Of a stretch of DNA of 32,000 bases, positions 24,317 to 32,000 are shown piece by piece; the first letter of the stretch is position 1; each line of letters opens with the position of its first letter. The translations under genes and the position numbers were made by a program. The notes beneath the pieces are model-generated. The model did not search any database, had not been told where the DNA came from, and saw nothing but the letters and a program-made list of their open reading frames with translations. Location: positions 1 through 32,000 of the forward strand of contig NZ_JAYKGW010000050.1 of the NCBI RefSeq assembly GCF_035285525.1, in the 5' to 3' direction. This DNA comes from Okeania sp. Lineage in GTDB: Bacteria > Cyanobacteriota > Cyanobacteriia > Cyanobacteriales > Microcoleaceae.

Positions 24317-24874
24317 ATGTTTAAAAATATCTCAAAAATTCCAGAACAACTTTTACCCAATCTAATTCAAAAAAAATTTCCATCAAATAAAAATAAACCG
24401 CCAAAATTTTACAGATACGGGCAATATTTATATTGGCGTTTTATCCGAATGCGGGAAACTCCCGAATATATTGCTAGAGGTTTAGCAGTAGGAGTATTTG
24501 CTGGATTATTTCCTATTTTTGGTTTTCAAACCATAGTTGGTGTCGCATTAGCAACTTTATTCAGAGGTCATAAAGTTGTTGCTGCTGTTGGAACTTGGGT
24601 CAGTAATCCTTTAACTTATTTACCAATATATGCAATTAATTTTCAAGTTGGTCAATGGTTACTGAAGTCTCAAGAGCAGTTTGTTCCTGCAAGTATACTT
24701 TCATTTTCAGAATTAATTCAATATGGAACTAAATTTGTCACATCTCTATTTTTAGGCTGTTTAGTAATGGGTATAATTAGTGGAATATTCAGTTATTTTG
24801 TAGGTTTAAAATTAATTCATTTCTGGCGTAGCGATCGCCGTAAAAAATCCTCTTCAATGGACTCTTCTTTCTGA
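24317..24874 (+). CDS. DUF2062-like integral membrane protein
   Basis: 185 aa. PEYIARGLAVGVFAGLFPIFGFQT...VSNPLTYLPIY resembles the DUF2062 family core, and there are 3-4 TM helices. The assignment is from memory of the family motif. Confidence 0.7.
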   Translation: MFKNISKIPEQLLPNLIQKKFPSNKNKPPKFYRYGQYLYWRFIRMRETPEYIARGLAVGVFAGLFPIFGFQTIVGVALATLFRGHKVVAAVGTWVSNPLTYLPIYAINFQVGQWLLKSQEQFVPASILSFSELIQYGTKFVTSLFLGCLVMGIISGIFSYFVGLKLIHFWRSDRRKKSSSMDSSF

Positions 24875-24909
24875 TTAAAAATATCAAATTCATTGGCATT
24901 TATCTTATA

Positions 24910-24987
24910 AGAAACCGGGTTTATGGGAGACAGATATCAGTAGAGTGGACATTATGGTTCCCGATCAATCATATAAACCCGGTTTCT
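24910..24987. terminator. 15-bp inverted repeat (AGAAACCGGGTTTAT...ATAAACCCGGTTTCT) between convergent genes; possible bidirectional terminator or family-3 repeat
   Basis: A perfect 15-bp stem with a 48-nt loop lies between the DUF2062 stop (24874) and the SQR stop (25014). The same GAAACCGGGTTTC core recurs at 26717, 26749, 26838, 31883 and 31932. Confidence 0.4.
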
Positions 24988-25013
24988 CTGCTTTTACTGA
25001 TACTATTGATTCA

Positions 25014-26309
25014 TTAATCCCTATTTACTAATTGATTAAGTGGCTGAAAAACATCCGCTTCAAAAGCTCTACCTGCCAACATCCGATTCCAGTAAATCCA
25101 AGGTAGAGCATAAGCTTTAGCCAAAAACATAACATAACGTTCTTTAGTCGGATCTAGAGGGAAAGAAGGAGCCACTTTCTTCTCATAATCAAATTCCGCC
25201 ATGATCGCTGAATCATAACCAGTAATCAAAGGACAACAGGTATAACCGTCATATTTCGCCATTAATGGCTGACTCTTCATCTTTGAAAGCAGGTTTTCTA
25301 CCACTATAGGTGTTTGTTTCCGAGCAGATGCCGCCGTTTTAGAAGTAGGAGCAGATGAAGCATCCCCTAAGCTAAATACATTAGGATAACGATTGTGTTG
25401 CATTGTATATTTGTCTACATCTACCCAGCCTTTTTCATCAGCGAGGAGACTTTGTTTAATAAAATCAGGGCAACTCATCGGTGGACTAACATGAATCATA
25501 TCATAGTGAATACTTACCTCTTCTACTCCGTTTTCAGTTGTGACATCAAAAATGGCTTCTTTACTATCTGCTTTAATTTCTTTCAGGTTATGTTGAAAAT
25601 TAGTAGTAATTCCACGTCTTTGTACAACTTTTTCTAAGGTTGCATTGTATGCTGGAACCCCAAACATTCTTGTACCAGCGGTGCAAAACATGACTTTAGT
25701 GTTAATTCCTACTCCTGCTCTCTGCTTAAAAGAGTCATCTGCCATATACATAATTTTTTGTGGTGCGCCACCACACTTAATGGGAGTATTAGGATAGGTA
25801 AAAATCGCTGTACCCCCTGGGAAATTTTTAATAGTTTCCCAGGTGTAAGGGGCATAATCTTTGGAATAGTTGCTGGTGACTCCACCCTTACCTAATGCTT
25901 CTGGTAGTCCTTTAACTAAATGCCAGTCGATCTGGATACCCGGACAAAGAACGAGATAGTCATATTCTATTGTTTGACCTTGAGCTAAAGTCAAACAGTT
26001 GCGATCTGGATCGAGAGTGGTTACATAATCTTGAATCCATTTTGCCCCTTGAGGAATCACATCTTTTTCCTCTCGAATAAATTGATCGATGGGTGCAATG
26101 CCTCCTCCTACTAATGTCCATCCCGGTTGATAGTAGTGTTTCTGACTTGGTTCAATGATCGCAATATCTAAGTTAGATTGTTGTCTGAGCAGTTGAGCTG
26201 CAGTTGTAATTCCTGCTGCTCCACCACCGACAATAACAATTTGATAGTGAGAAACAGAATTAGTTAATGGAATAGATTTTTGTTGTTCAAGTTGTATGGT
26301 ACTCACCAT
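25014..26309 (-). CDS. sqr: Sulfide:quinone oxidoreductase, type II (mitochondrial SQOR-like)
   Basis: 431 aa. The FAD fingerprint is IVIVGGGAAGIT, followed by HYYQPGWTLVGGG. The redox cysteine contexts are PIKCGGAPQKIMY and YDGYTCCPLITGY, plus LGDASSAPTSKTAA. It is collinear with human SQOR as recalled. Confidence 0.9.
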   Translation of the reverse strand: MVSTIQLEQQKSIPLTNSVSHYQIVIVGGGAAGITTAAQLLRQQSNLDIAIIEPSQKHYYQPGWTLVGGGIAPIDQFIREEKDVIPQGAKWIQDYVTTLDPDRNCLTLAQGQTIEYDYLVLCPGIQIDWHLVKGLPEALGKGGVTSNYSKDYAPYTWETIKNFPGGTAIFTYPNTPIKCGGAPQKIMYMADDSFKQRAGVGINTKVMFCTAGTRMFGVPAYNATLEKVVQRRGITTNFQHNLKEIKADSKEAIFDVTTENGVEEVSIHYDMIHVSPPMSCPDFIKQSLLADEKGWVDVDKYTMQHNRYPNVFSLGDASSAPTSKTAASARKQTPIVVENLLSKMKSQPLMAKYDGYTCCPLITGYDSAIMAEFDYEKKVAPSFPLDPTKERYVMFLAKAYALPWIYWNRMLAGRAFEADVFQPLNQLVNRD

Positions 26310-26432
26310 AATAAATTTTTCTCCTTGTTTAATTAATTAAAGTTGGCTGATTGATCGGGAACCGTAAAAGTCTTTTGTGTTCAGCATTTAGCTAAAAGCT
26401 TTAACATTTATTTATCAATGTTTTAATATTTA

Positions 26433-26524
26433 TAGGACTTACGCAGAGACCCTATATATATAGCGTCTAACACTATAGCGCAATAGTTTTTCAACTCTAT
26501 ACATAGTACCTTTGCGTCAGTCCT
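26433..26524. repeat. Hairpin/MITE-like repeat, family 2 (AGGACTTACGCA...TGCGTCAGTCCT), 92 bp
   Basis: Terminal inverted repeats read directly. Confidence 0.7.
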
Positions 26525-26862
26525 AATCAGCAATCTCTAAATTAATTTATTTTTTTATATAATAAACATAAAAATCAGATATTTTGATTTTTTTACATTT
26601 GTTTAAAGAATGAACGAATTGTTAGCGATCTAGAAAAGATATTAATATCAACGGGATCGTTTTTTTTATTACATTTTTTAAGAAATATAAGTATAAAAAA
26701 GTATAGATCCCTAAAGAAACCGGGTTTCTGGGTTGTGCGATCAACCCGGTTTCTGGATTGTGCTGCGTAATAATATGTATAAAAAAGTATAGAAACCGGC
26801 TTGAAATTAAATTTTCAAACTGACACCTCACTTCTATAAACCCGGTTTATTAGTGGATAAAT

Positions 26863-27639
26863 TTACCGTTGAATTAACACAAAAATTCCCACAGCTAAAA
26901 CAAAATAGCCAAAACCTTTTTGTAAACTTTTAGCATCAATTAAACGAGTCAGATAAGCACCAGCAATAGTGCCGAAACTAGCTGCGATCGTGAAAGAAAT
27001 CATTAAAGCCCAATCCAATTCCACCTGGTCAAGATAACCCGCAAACCCCGTCATAGATTTAAAAGCAATAATGATCAGGGAAGTCCCGATCGCTTCCTTC
27101 ATCGGAATACCCCCTAAAAGGACTAAAGCCGGAATGATCGCAAAACCACCCCCTACACCCACAAATCCAGTTAAAATCCCTACTCCCAATCCTTCTAATG
27201 GGATAGCCCACCATTGACTGTGGCCTTCCTGATGACTATCATTCTCTGGTTCCGAGTCCTGATTTTTCACAGGTGGCTTTCCTTTCCGAATCATTAATAC
27301 GCTGGCCAAAACCATGATGACAGCAAAGCAAATCAGTTGAAAAGTTTCCGTAATAAAGTCAAACGCTGCTATCCGCGCTCCCAGATAAGCCCCTAACATA
27401 GCAGCAGGAGCAAAAGTACCAGCCACTCGCCAATTAAGATTTCCTTGCATCCAGTGAGGAATTGCACCAATGAGACTCACAGAACCGACAATGAATAAAC
27501 TCATAGTGATGGCTTCTTTGGCCCCTATTTTCATAACGTAGATTAAAATTGGTACGGCTAGGATAGAACCCCCGCCACCAATCAAGCCCAGGCTTAGTCC
27601 AATACAAATCGCTAAAAAATGTCCAATAATCCAAATCAT
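26863..27639 (-). CDS. TauE/SafE family sulfite/anion exporter (DUF81)
   Basis: A polytopic membrane protein with two internal repeats, each carrying the G.GGG.. motif (GLIGGGGSILAVP and GFVGVGGGFAIIP). I place the start at MIWIIGHF (ATG 27639), 8 nt after the rhodanese stop. The track start at 27699 would overlap that gene by 52 nt. Confidence 0.8.
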   Translation of the reverse strand: MIWIIGHFLAICIGLSLGLIGGGGSILAVPILIYVMKIGAKEAITMSLFIVGSVSLIGAIPHWMQGNLNWRVAGTFAPAAMLGAYLGARIAAFDFITETFQLICFAVIMVLASVLMIRKGKPPVKNQDSEPENDSHQEGHSQWWAIPLEGLGVGILTGFVGVGGGFAIIPALVLLGGIPMKEAIGTSLIIIAFKSMTGFAGYLDQVELDWALMISFTIAASFGTIAGAYLTRLIDAKSLQKGFGYFVLAVGIFVLIQR

Positions 27640-27647
27640 AATTTCGT

Positions 27648-28187
27648 TTACAACTTTTGATTGTAAGGTAATTTTGCCAGTAACATAGCCAGGGCGCAAG
27701 TATTAGTAATGCCAGCAAACAGAAGTCCGCATCCGATAAAACCACTAAGAATTAAAAACCATTGGGAAACAAATGCTCCTAAAAGTGTACCTGTTACGAC
27801 TAAAAAACCTGTTACAATTTGTACCTGACGCATCAGACTTATAGGAGCATTACGATTAATAATAGTTGGTAGTCCTGCTTTTTTCCAGGCTTCGATACCA
27901 CCATCAAGCTGAGTCACTTTCTCGAAACCTACCGCCAATAGCTTTTTGGCTGCTTGACCAGAGCGGTTGCCAGCTTGACAGTAAAGAACTAATGTTTTAT
28001 CTGGCTCTGTGGGAATTTGATGAGGTTCAAATTTAGACAAGGGGACTAATACAGCTTGGGGAATATGTTCCCCTGCATATTCTGACGCTTCCCGAACATC
28101 AACCAGAGTGGCTAGGTTGTCATCTAACCAAGATTTTAAGGTATCTGCATCAACGGTTTGTAATGGGTTGTAATTAAGAGTTGTCAT
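27648..28187 (-). CDS. Rhodanese-domain sulfurtransferase with C-terminal two-helix membrane anchor (YgaP-like, DUF2892)
   Basis: 179 aa. The active-site loop is LYCQAGNRSGQAA (CxxxxR[ST]). The C-terminal hydrophobic hairpin ends in GITNTCALAMLL. Confidence 0.85.
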   Translation of the reverse strand: MTTLNYNPLQTVDADTLKSWLDDNLATLVDVREASEYAGEHIPQAVLVPLSKFEPHQIPTEPDKTLVLYCQAGNRSGQAAKKLLAVGFEKVTQLDGGIEAWKKAGLPTIINRNAPISLMRQVQIVTGFLVVTGTLLGAFVSQWFLILSGFIGCGLLFAGITNTCALAMLLAKLPYNQKL

Positions 28188-28316
28188 CTAATTTTGAATT
28201 AAAATATTCAGTAATAGAGCGATTCGAGAAAAATCAATAGCTATTGGTAGGGTGCGTTTCGCTACGCTAACGCACCAAGACTGCATATATAATATAGTGC
28301 GTTTGCTATTGGTAGT

Positions 28317-28521
28317 GGACTGTTTCACCTTAAATGTTGCAATAGATGTAGGTTGGGTTGTTTGCGCACTTCATTGGGAAGCAGGGGAGGAAACCCAACA
28401 ACAATCTTTCTCCTGTACGGACGTTTTCGGCGCTTGAGCCGACATAAAACGCATTTTTGTTATGCAACGTCCTTACCTTACTCCCCTAATCCCTAATGCA
28501 CTATTTTAAGTGAAACAGTCC
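28317..28521. mobile_element. MITE-like element, 205 bp, TIR GGACTGTTTCAC(C)TTAAA
   Basis: Left end GGACTGTTTCACCTTAAAT (28317-28335), right end ATTTTAAGTGAAACAGTCC (28503-28521). The internal 61-aa track ORF is not credible. Confidence 0.65.
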
Positions 28522-28587
28522 TTTAGGGTGCGTTACGCTACGCTAACACACCCTACTAACAACGTTCATGGGTAAGTCCTAACTAAT

Positions 28588-29286
28588 TTAGACAGTAGCT
28601 GCCACTTTACCACAACCTTGATTAGCGGGGACTGCCTCTGCTATTTTTTTAGGGTTAGGCAAATTAAGATTGCTCATAAGTTCAATGAAACTATCGCGAT
28701 TGTGTCCCACAAAACGAGGATTGAACTGCTTTTCTTCTCCAATGGTAGAAACGGTTTGACCTCTATAATCGTGACCAGGATAAACTAATGTATCATCTGA
28801 TAAGGTAAATAGTTTCTGAGTAATGTGATCGTATAGTGTTCCTGCATCTCCACTTTGAAAATCTGTACGACCGCAACCTCTTATTAACAGAGCATCTCCT
28901 GTCAAAAGACTATCATTATTTACGAGATAAGCCATGTGGCAATCGGTATGACCAAGGGTGCTGATCGCTTTAATTTCAATTTTCCCTACTTTTAATACTT
29001 CTCCATCTTTAATGAAGCAGTCTGCACAATCAACTTTAGCATTTTCCGGGAGGACTCCCTGACAACCTTTTAGTTTTCTTAATTCCCCTGTTCCTGTTAC
29101 ATGGTCAGCATGAATATGGGTTTCTAAACAATATTTGAGTGTGAGTCCGAGTTCGTCTATGAGTTTAGCATCCCGTTCCACTTGTTCTAGAACTGGATCG
29201 ACTAAAGCTGCTTCTTTAGCACTCATATCGGCAATTAAGTATGTATAAGTGCTGGTTTCTGGATCAAACAATTGACGTAATAGCAT
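28588..29286 (-). CDS. Persulfide dioxygenase (ETHE1/Blh-like metallo-beta-lactamase fold)
   Basis: 232 aa. MLLRQLFD.ETSTYTYLI is the typical ETHE1-type start. The metal motif is THIHADHVTG, followed later by HTDCH and PGHDY. Confidence 0.88.
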   Translation of the reverse strand: MLLRQLFDPETSTYTYLIADMSAKEAALVDPVLEQVERDAKLIDELGLTLKYCLETHIHADHVTGTGELRKLKGCQGVLPENAKVDCADCFIKDGEVLKVGKIEIKAISTLGHTDCHMAYLVNNDSLLTGDALLIRGCGRTDFQSGDAGTLYDHITQKLFTLSDDTLVYPGHDYRGQTVSTIGEEKQFNPRFVGHNRDSFIELMSNLNLPNPKKIAEAVPANQGCGKVAATV

Positions 29287-29518
29287 TTTTTTCTTATTTA
29301 AAGTTACTTAATTGTTTTAAGTCAAATCATACCAGGTTACAAGCTCCAGATTTTATATTTAATAGTTATTTAATCTGAACTGAAATTTTGGCTCAAAAAA
29401 GTTAATTCAATAGATATGTCCACAATATTTATAGAAAATAGATATAGGATCAAAACCACATCAAGCTATAAAAGCTAACAAAAATTCTTTATTCACTTAT
29501 AATAACTAATAACTTGAT

Positions 29519-29673
29519 CAGGACTTACCCATGATCGACGAGTTTTAGTCATTTGAGAGCAAAAACGCTATGGTTTGCGATCGCAAACCAGCGCTTTTTA
29601 TGTCCCATAGCGTTTCATGTCGGCGCTTGAGCCGAAAACGCAATGAGAGAAATAGGTTGCTTTGGGTAAGCCC
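29519..29673. repeat. Hairpin/MITE-like repeat, family 2 variant (AGGACTTACCCAT...TTGGGTAAGCCCT), 155 bp
   Basis: Terminal inverted repeats read directly. It contains a HIP1 palindrome and the GGCGCTTGAGCC motif also seen at 28429-28440. Confidence 0.65.
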
Positions 29674-29935
29674 TATGTGATTTAATCAACTTAGATGAGA
29701 GATGATGAGTATTCCATAGAACAACTAGCAACCCCCTTGGCGGTTAGGACATAGACTAATGATGAATGTTAGACTAGGAAACACTTTTCCAGCTGTTCCC
29801 TTTTCCCTGTTCCCTGCTATAAAACTAGATTTTGTACTCAGATAAAATTTATGAATCATAAAGCTTTGATCAAAAATTAAAAGCAATAGCTTATAGCTGA
29901 CGGCTGAATGCTTACTCAGGAAGTACGTTTATTGA

Positions 29936-29964
29936 TTGACAATAGATTAATATTCTGGTACATT
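29936..29964 (+). promoter_or_regulatory. Possible sigma-70-type promoter of the ABC transporter gene
   Basis: TTGACA (29936-29941), a 17-nt spacer, then TACATT (29959-29964), about 48 nt upstream of the ATG at 30012. This is a pattern match only. Confidence 0.3.
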
Positions 29965-30011
29965 AGCAATGGCAATTCAATGGGAAAGTTACATTAATAA
30001 TACCTAAAAAT

Positions 30012-31703
30012 ATGGTAAAGAAAAAAAATTTTAACTTGGATTTATTAAAAGATTTTTGGTCAATTGCAAAACTTTATTGGTTCTCAGAACAGAAATGGCA
30101 AGCTAGGGGTTTATTATTGTTGGTAATTGTTTTATTAGGAACATTTACGGTATTTAATTTATTACTAACAAATCAACGAGCCGAATTTATTTCTGCACTA
30201 TCTGCTCAAGATTCTGATAGATTTTGGCGCTCAATTATACAATTTTTTGGTACAATTGTATTTGCTGTACCTTTTGTGTCTTCCTACTCTTTTGTTCGAC
30301 AAAAACTTAGTGTATTTTGGCGGAAGTGGATGACTCATGGTTTTCTGAAAAATTATTTAAGCGATCGCTCTTTTTATAAAATTAGTTACAACCAAGAAAT
30401 TGATAATCCAGACCAACGTATCTCTCAGGATATCAAAAGTTTTACAGACCAATCTCTAAGTTTTTTGGTGACTATTATCAATGCCATATTTCAGTTATTT
30501 GGTTTTAGTGCTTTGTTATGGTCAATTTCTAAACCATTGGTATTTTTTGTAATTATTTACGCTATTGCTGGTACAGTAATTACAACCGGGGTATTTGGTA
30601 AAGCTTTAGTAGGAATTAATTTTGAACAATTGAAGCGAGAAGCTAACTTTCGTTTTGGTTTAATTAGAATTAGAGAAAATGCTGAATCTATCGCTTTTTA
30701 TGGTGGAGAAAAACAGGAGTTACAGCAAGCAAATAATCTATTTAATGATGCGTTTAATAATTTTAATCGGTTAATTCAATGGCAACTATATTTGGATATT
30801 TTTAGAAATAGTTATGATTTTATTACCTGGGCATTACCATCTATAATTATCGGTCAACGTGTGCTTTCTGGGGAACTAGAAGTAGGAGTGATTACTAAAG
30901 CTGGAGCCGCTTTTGCTATTATTTTAGGTTCTTTAACAGTTATAGTCGATCAATTAGATAGACTGACAGAATTTGCTGCTGGAATTAATCGTTTATCTAC
31001 TTTTTGCGATGCTATTGAATCATCTCCTCAAGTTCCGGAAAAGGAATCAACTATTGATACAGTAGTAAATTCTCATTTAGCATTAGAACATTTAACATTA
31101 AAAACTCCTAATTATCAAAGAACTTTAGTCAAAGATATTTCCTTGAAAATACCCAAAGGAAAAGGGTTATTAATTATGGGAGCTAGTGGCAGTGGAAAGA
31201 GTTCAGTTTTAAGAGCGATCGCTGGTTTATGGAACTCTGGTACAGGAGCTATTTATCGACCTGAATTAGATGAAATATTATTCTTACCTCAGAAACCTTA
31301 TATGATTTTAGGTTCTCTACGTCAACAACTTTTATATCCCCACACTAATCGAGATACTTCTGATGTAGAAATACAACAAGTTTTAAAAAGAGTAAATCTC
31401 TCTCAATTAGAAGAAAGATTCGGTGGTTTAGATACAGTAGAAAATTGGAGTCAAGTTTTGTCAGTAGGAGAACAACAAAGAATTGCTTTTGCTAGACTAT
31501 TTTTAACTAAACCTAAGTATGTAATTCTGGATGAAGCAACCAGTGCTTTAGATGTACCAAGTGAGGAAATTTTATATCAACAATTACAAGAAAAATTGAC
31601 AACATTCATTAGTGTTGGGCATCGTCCAACTTTAATAAATTATCATCAACAATTACTAGAAATTACTCCTAATGAGTCTTGGGAACTCAAATCTATTGCG
31701 TAA
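30012..31703 (+). CDS. Fused permease/ATPase ABC transporter of the SbmA-BacA / ABCD (ABC_membrane_2) type
   Basis: 563 aa. The N-terminal TMD has the family motif EIDNPDQRISQDIKSFT. The NBD has Walker A GASGSGKSS, signature LSVGEQQRIAFARL and Walker B YVILDEATSALD. Confidence 0.88.
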   Translation: MVKKKNFNLDLLKDFWSIAKLYWFSEQKWQARGLLLLVIVLLGTFTVFNLLLTNQRAEFISALSAQDSDRFWRSIIQFFGTIVFAVPFVSSYSFVRQKLSVFWRKWMTHGFLKNYLSDRSFYKISYNQEIDNPDQRISQDIKSFTDQSLSFLVTIINAIFQLFGFSALLWSISKPLVFFVIIYAIAGTVITTGVFGKALVGINFEQLKREANFRFGLIRIRENAESIAFYGGEKQELQQANNLFNDAFNNFNRLIQWQLYLDIFRNSYDFITWALPSIIIGQRVLSGELEVGVITKAGAAFAIILGSLTVIVDQLDRLTEFAAGINRLSTFCDAIESSPQVPEKESTIDTVVNSHLALEHLTLKTPNYQRTLVKDISLKIPKGKGLLIMGASGSGKSSVLRAIAGLWNSGTGAIYRPELDEILFLPQKPYMILGSLRQQLLYPHTNRDTSDVEIQQVLKRVNLSQLEERFGGLDTVENWSQVLSVGEQQRIAFARLFLTKPKYVILDEATSALDVPSEEILYQQLQEKLTTFISVGHRPTLINYHQQLLEITPNESWELKSIA

Positions 31704-31861
31704 GCATAAGGAAGGAGGCTTTACTTATCTAGGAGAGAAGCTTTAAGAGAAGAAAAAACCTTATATGGCGGTAGATATTTCTGCAACTTTTACACAAACT
31801 ATACCAACGGACATGATATTACTCCCTCTTCCCTGTTCCCTCAAAGCAATAAATTTTTGAT

Positions 31862-31960
31862 AGGACTTACGCAGGCGCACTCAGAAACCCGGTTTCTCCT
31901 ATGTTTATTGTCAAAAACAATGATTTACCATAGAAACCGGGTTTCTCCCGTGTAAGTCCT
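31862..31960. repeat. Hairpin/MITE-like repeat, family 2 (AGGACTTACGCA...CGTGTAAGTCCT), 99 bp, carrying two GAAACC(C)GGTTTC cores
   Basis: Read directly. A further AGGACTTACCCAT terminus starts at 31984 and is cut by the window end. Confidence 0.7.
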
Positions 31961-32000
31961 GAACTATTCAGCCGAACATTATCAGGACTTACCCATAAAC

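Noticed and set aside
20587-25637. Track ORFs 20587-20784, 21158-21373, 22633-22938, 22689-22871, 23557-23799, 25395-25637
   Set aside because: These ORFs are either antisense or out-of-frame overlaps of mnmE, xisI, SQR or the 124-aa gene, or they run through heptamer/GGGAGTA repeat DNA. None has a recognisable motif or a ribosome-binding context.
26622-26831. 69-aa minus-strand ORF between TauE and SQR
   Set aside because: It lies entirely in repeat DNA (duplicated GTATAAAAAAGTATAGA, GAAACCGGGTTTC cores). No RBS and no motif.
27434-27745. 103-aa ORF, and the longer (27699) start of the TauE ORF
   Set aside because: The 103-aa ORF is an alternative frame across the rhodanese/TauE junction. 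The 27699 start would add a non-hydrophobic 20-aa extension overlapping the rhodanese gene by 52 nt. The ATG at 27639 begins directly with the first TM helix, 8 nt after the upstream stop.
28252-28437. 61-aa plus-strand ORF
   Set aside because: It spans a hairpin repeat and the left half of the 205-bp TIR element. It is repeat-derived and not coding.
3469-29286. Functional coupling between the sulfotransferase locus and the sulfide-oxidation cluster (shared 'sulfur' theme)
   Set aside because: Sulfotransferases use PAPS from assimilatory sulfate activation, not sulfide or sulfite from SQR/PDO. The two sets are 6 kb apart and separated by housekeeping mnmE, xisHI and other unrelated genes. 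No cysC/cysD/cysN/PAPS genes are present, so proximity is most simply coincidental.

Overview
This is an AT-rich cyanobacterial chromosome segment. It carries many HIP1 GCGATCGC sites, STRR-type heptamer arrays (CAGTTAT, ATAATTG, TAATTAT), psaK and xisHI, so the source is probably a filamentous, Nostocales-like organism. No database search was possible, and all calls come from reading the translations and the DNA.

Gene content, left to right:
- trpF (partial, minus strand) and psaK.
- A 2.1-kb stretch with no credible ORF that is full of repeats.
- A 15-kb glycan-tailoring locus. On the minus strand it has three tandem TPR-sulfotransferase paralogs, a TPR-CE4 polysaccharide deacetylase and a TPR-GT32-like glycosyltransferase. 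Divergently transcribed from these is one 1157-aa protein built from three GT2 modules, and the second module is split by a near-perfect in-frame 69/90-bp tandem repeat array.
- A small secreted or membrane-anchored hypothetical gene boxed in by MITEs, and a disordered Ser-rich hypothetical protein.
- mnmE, whose 3' end is duplicated 366 bp downstream.
- An xisH-xisI pair bracketed by 68-bp direct repeats.
- A DUF2062-like membrane protein.
- A sulfide-oxidation gene set: type II SQR, TauE/SafE exporter, YgaP-type rhodanese and ETHE1-like persulfide dioxygenase.
- An SbmA/BacA-ABCD-type fused ABC transporter.

The best candidate for an undescribed system is the locus at 3469-18662. It holds eight intact catalytic domains, five of them tethered to TPR arrays. 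It has no membrane, export or polymerase component. Its deacetylase-plus-sulfotransferase logic resembles a split version of heparan-sulfate NDST.

Intergenic DNA is saturated with at least three small mobile or hairpin repeat families. One of them shows unambiguous 8-bp target-site duplications.
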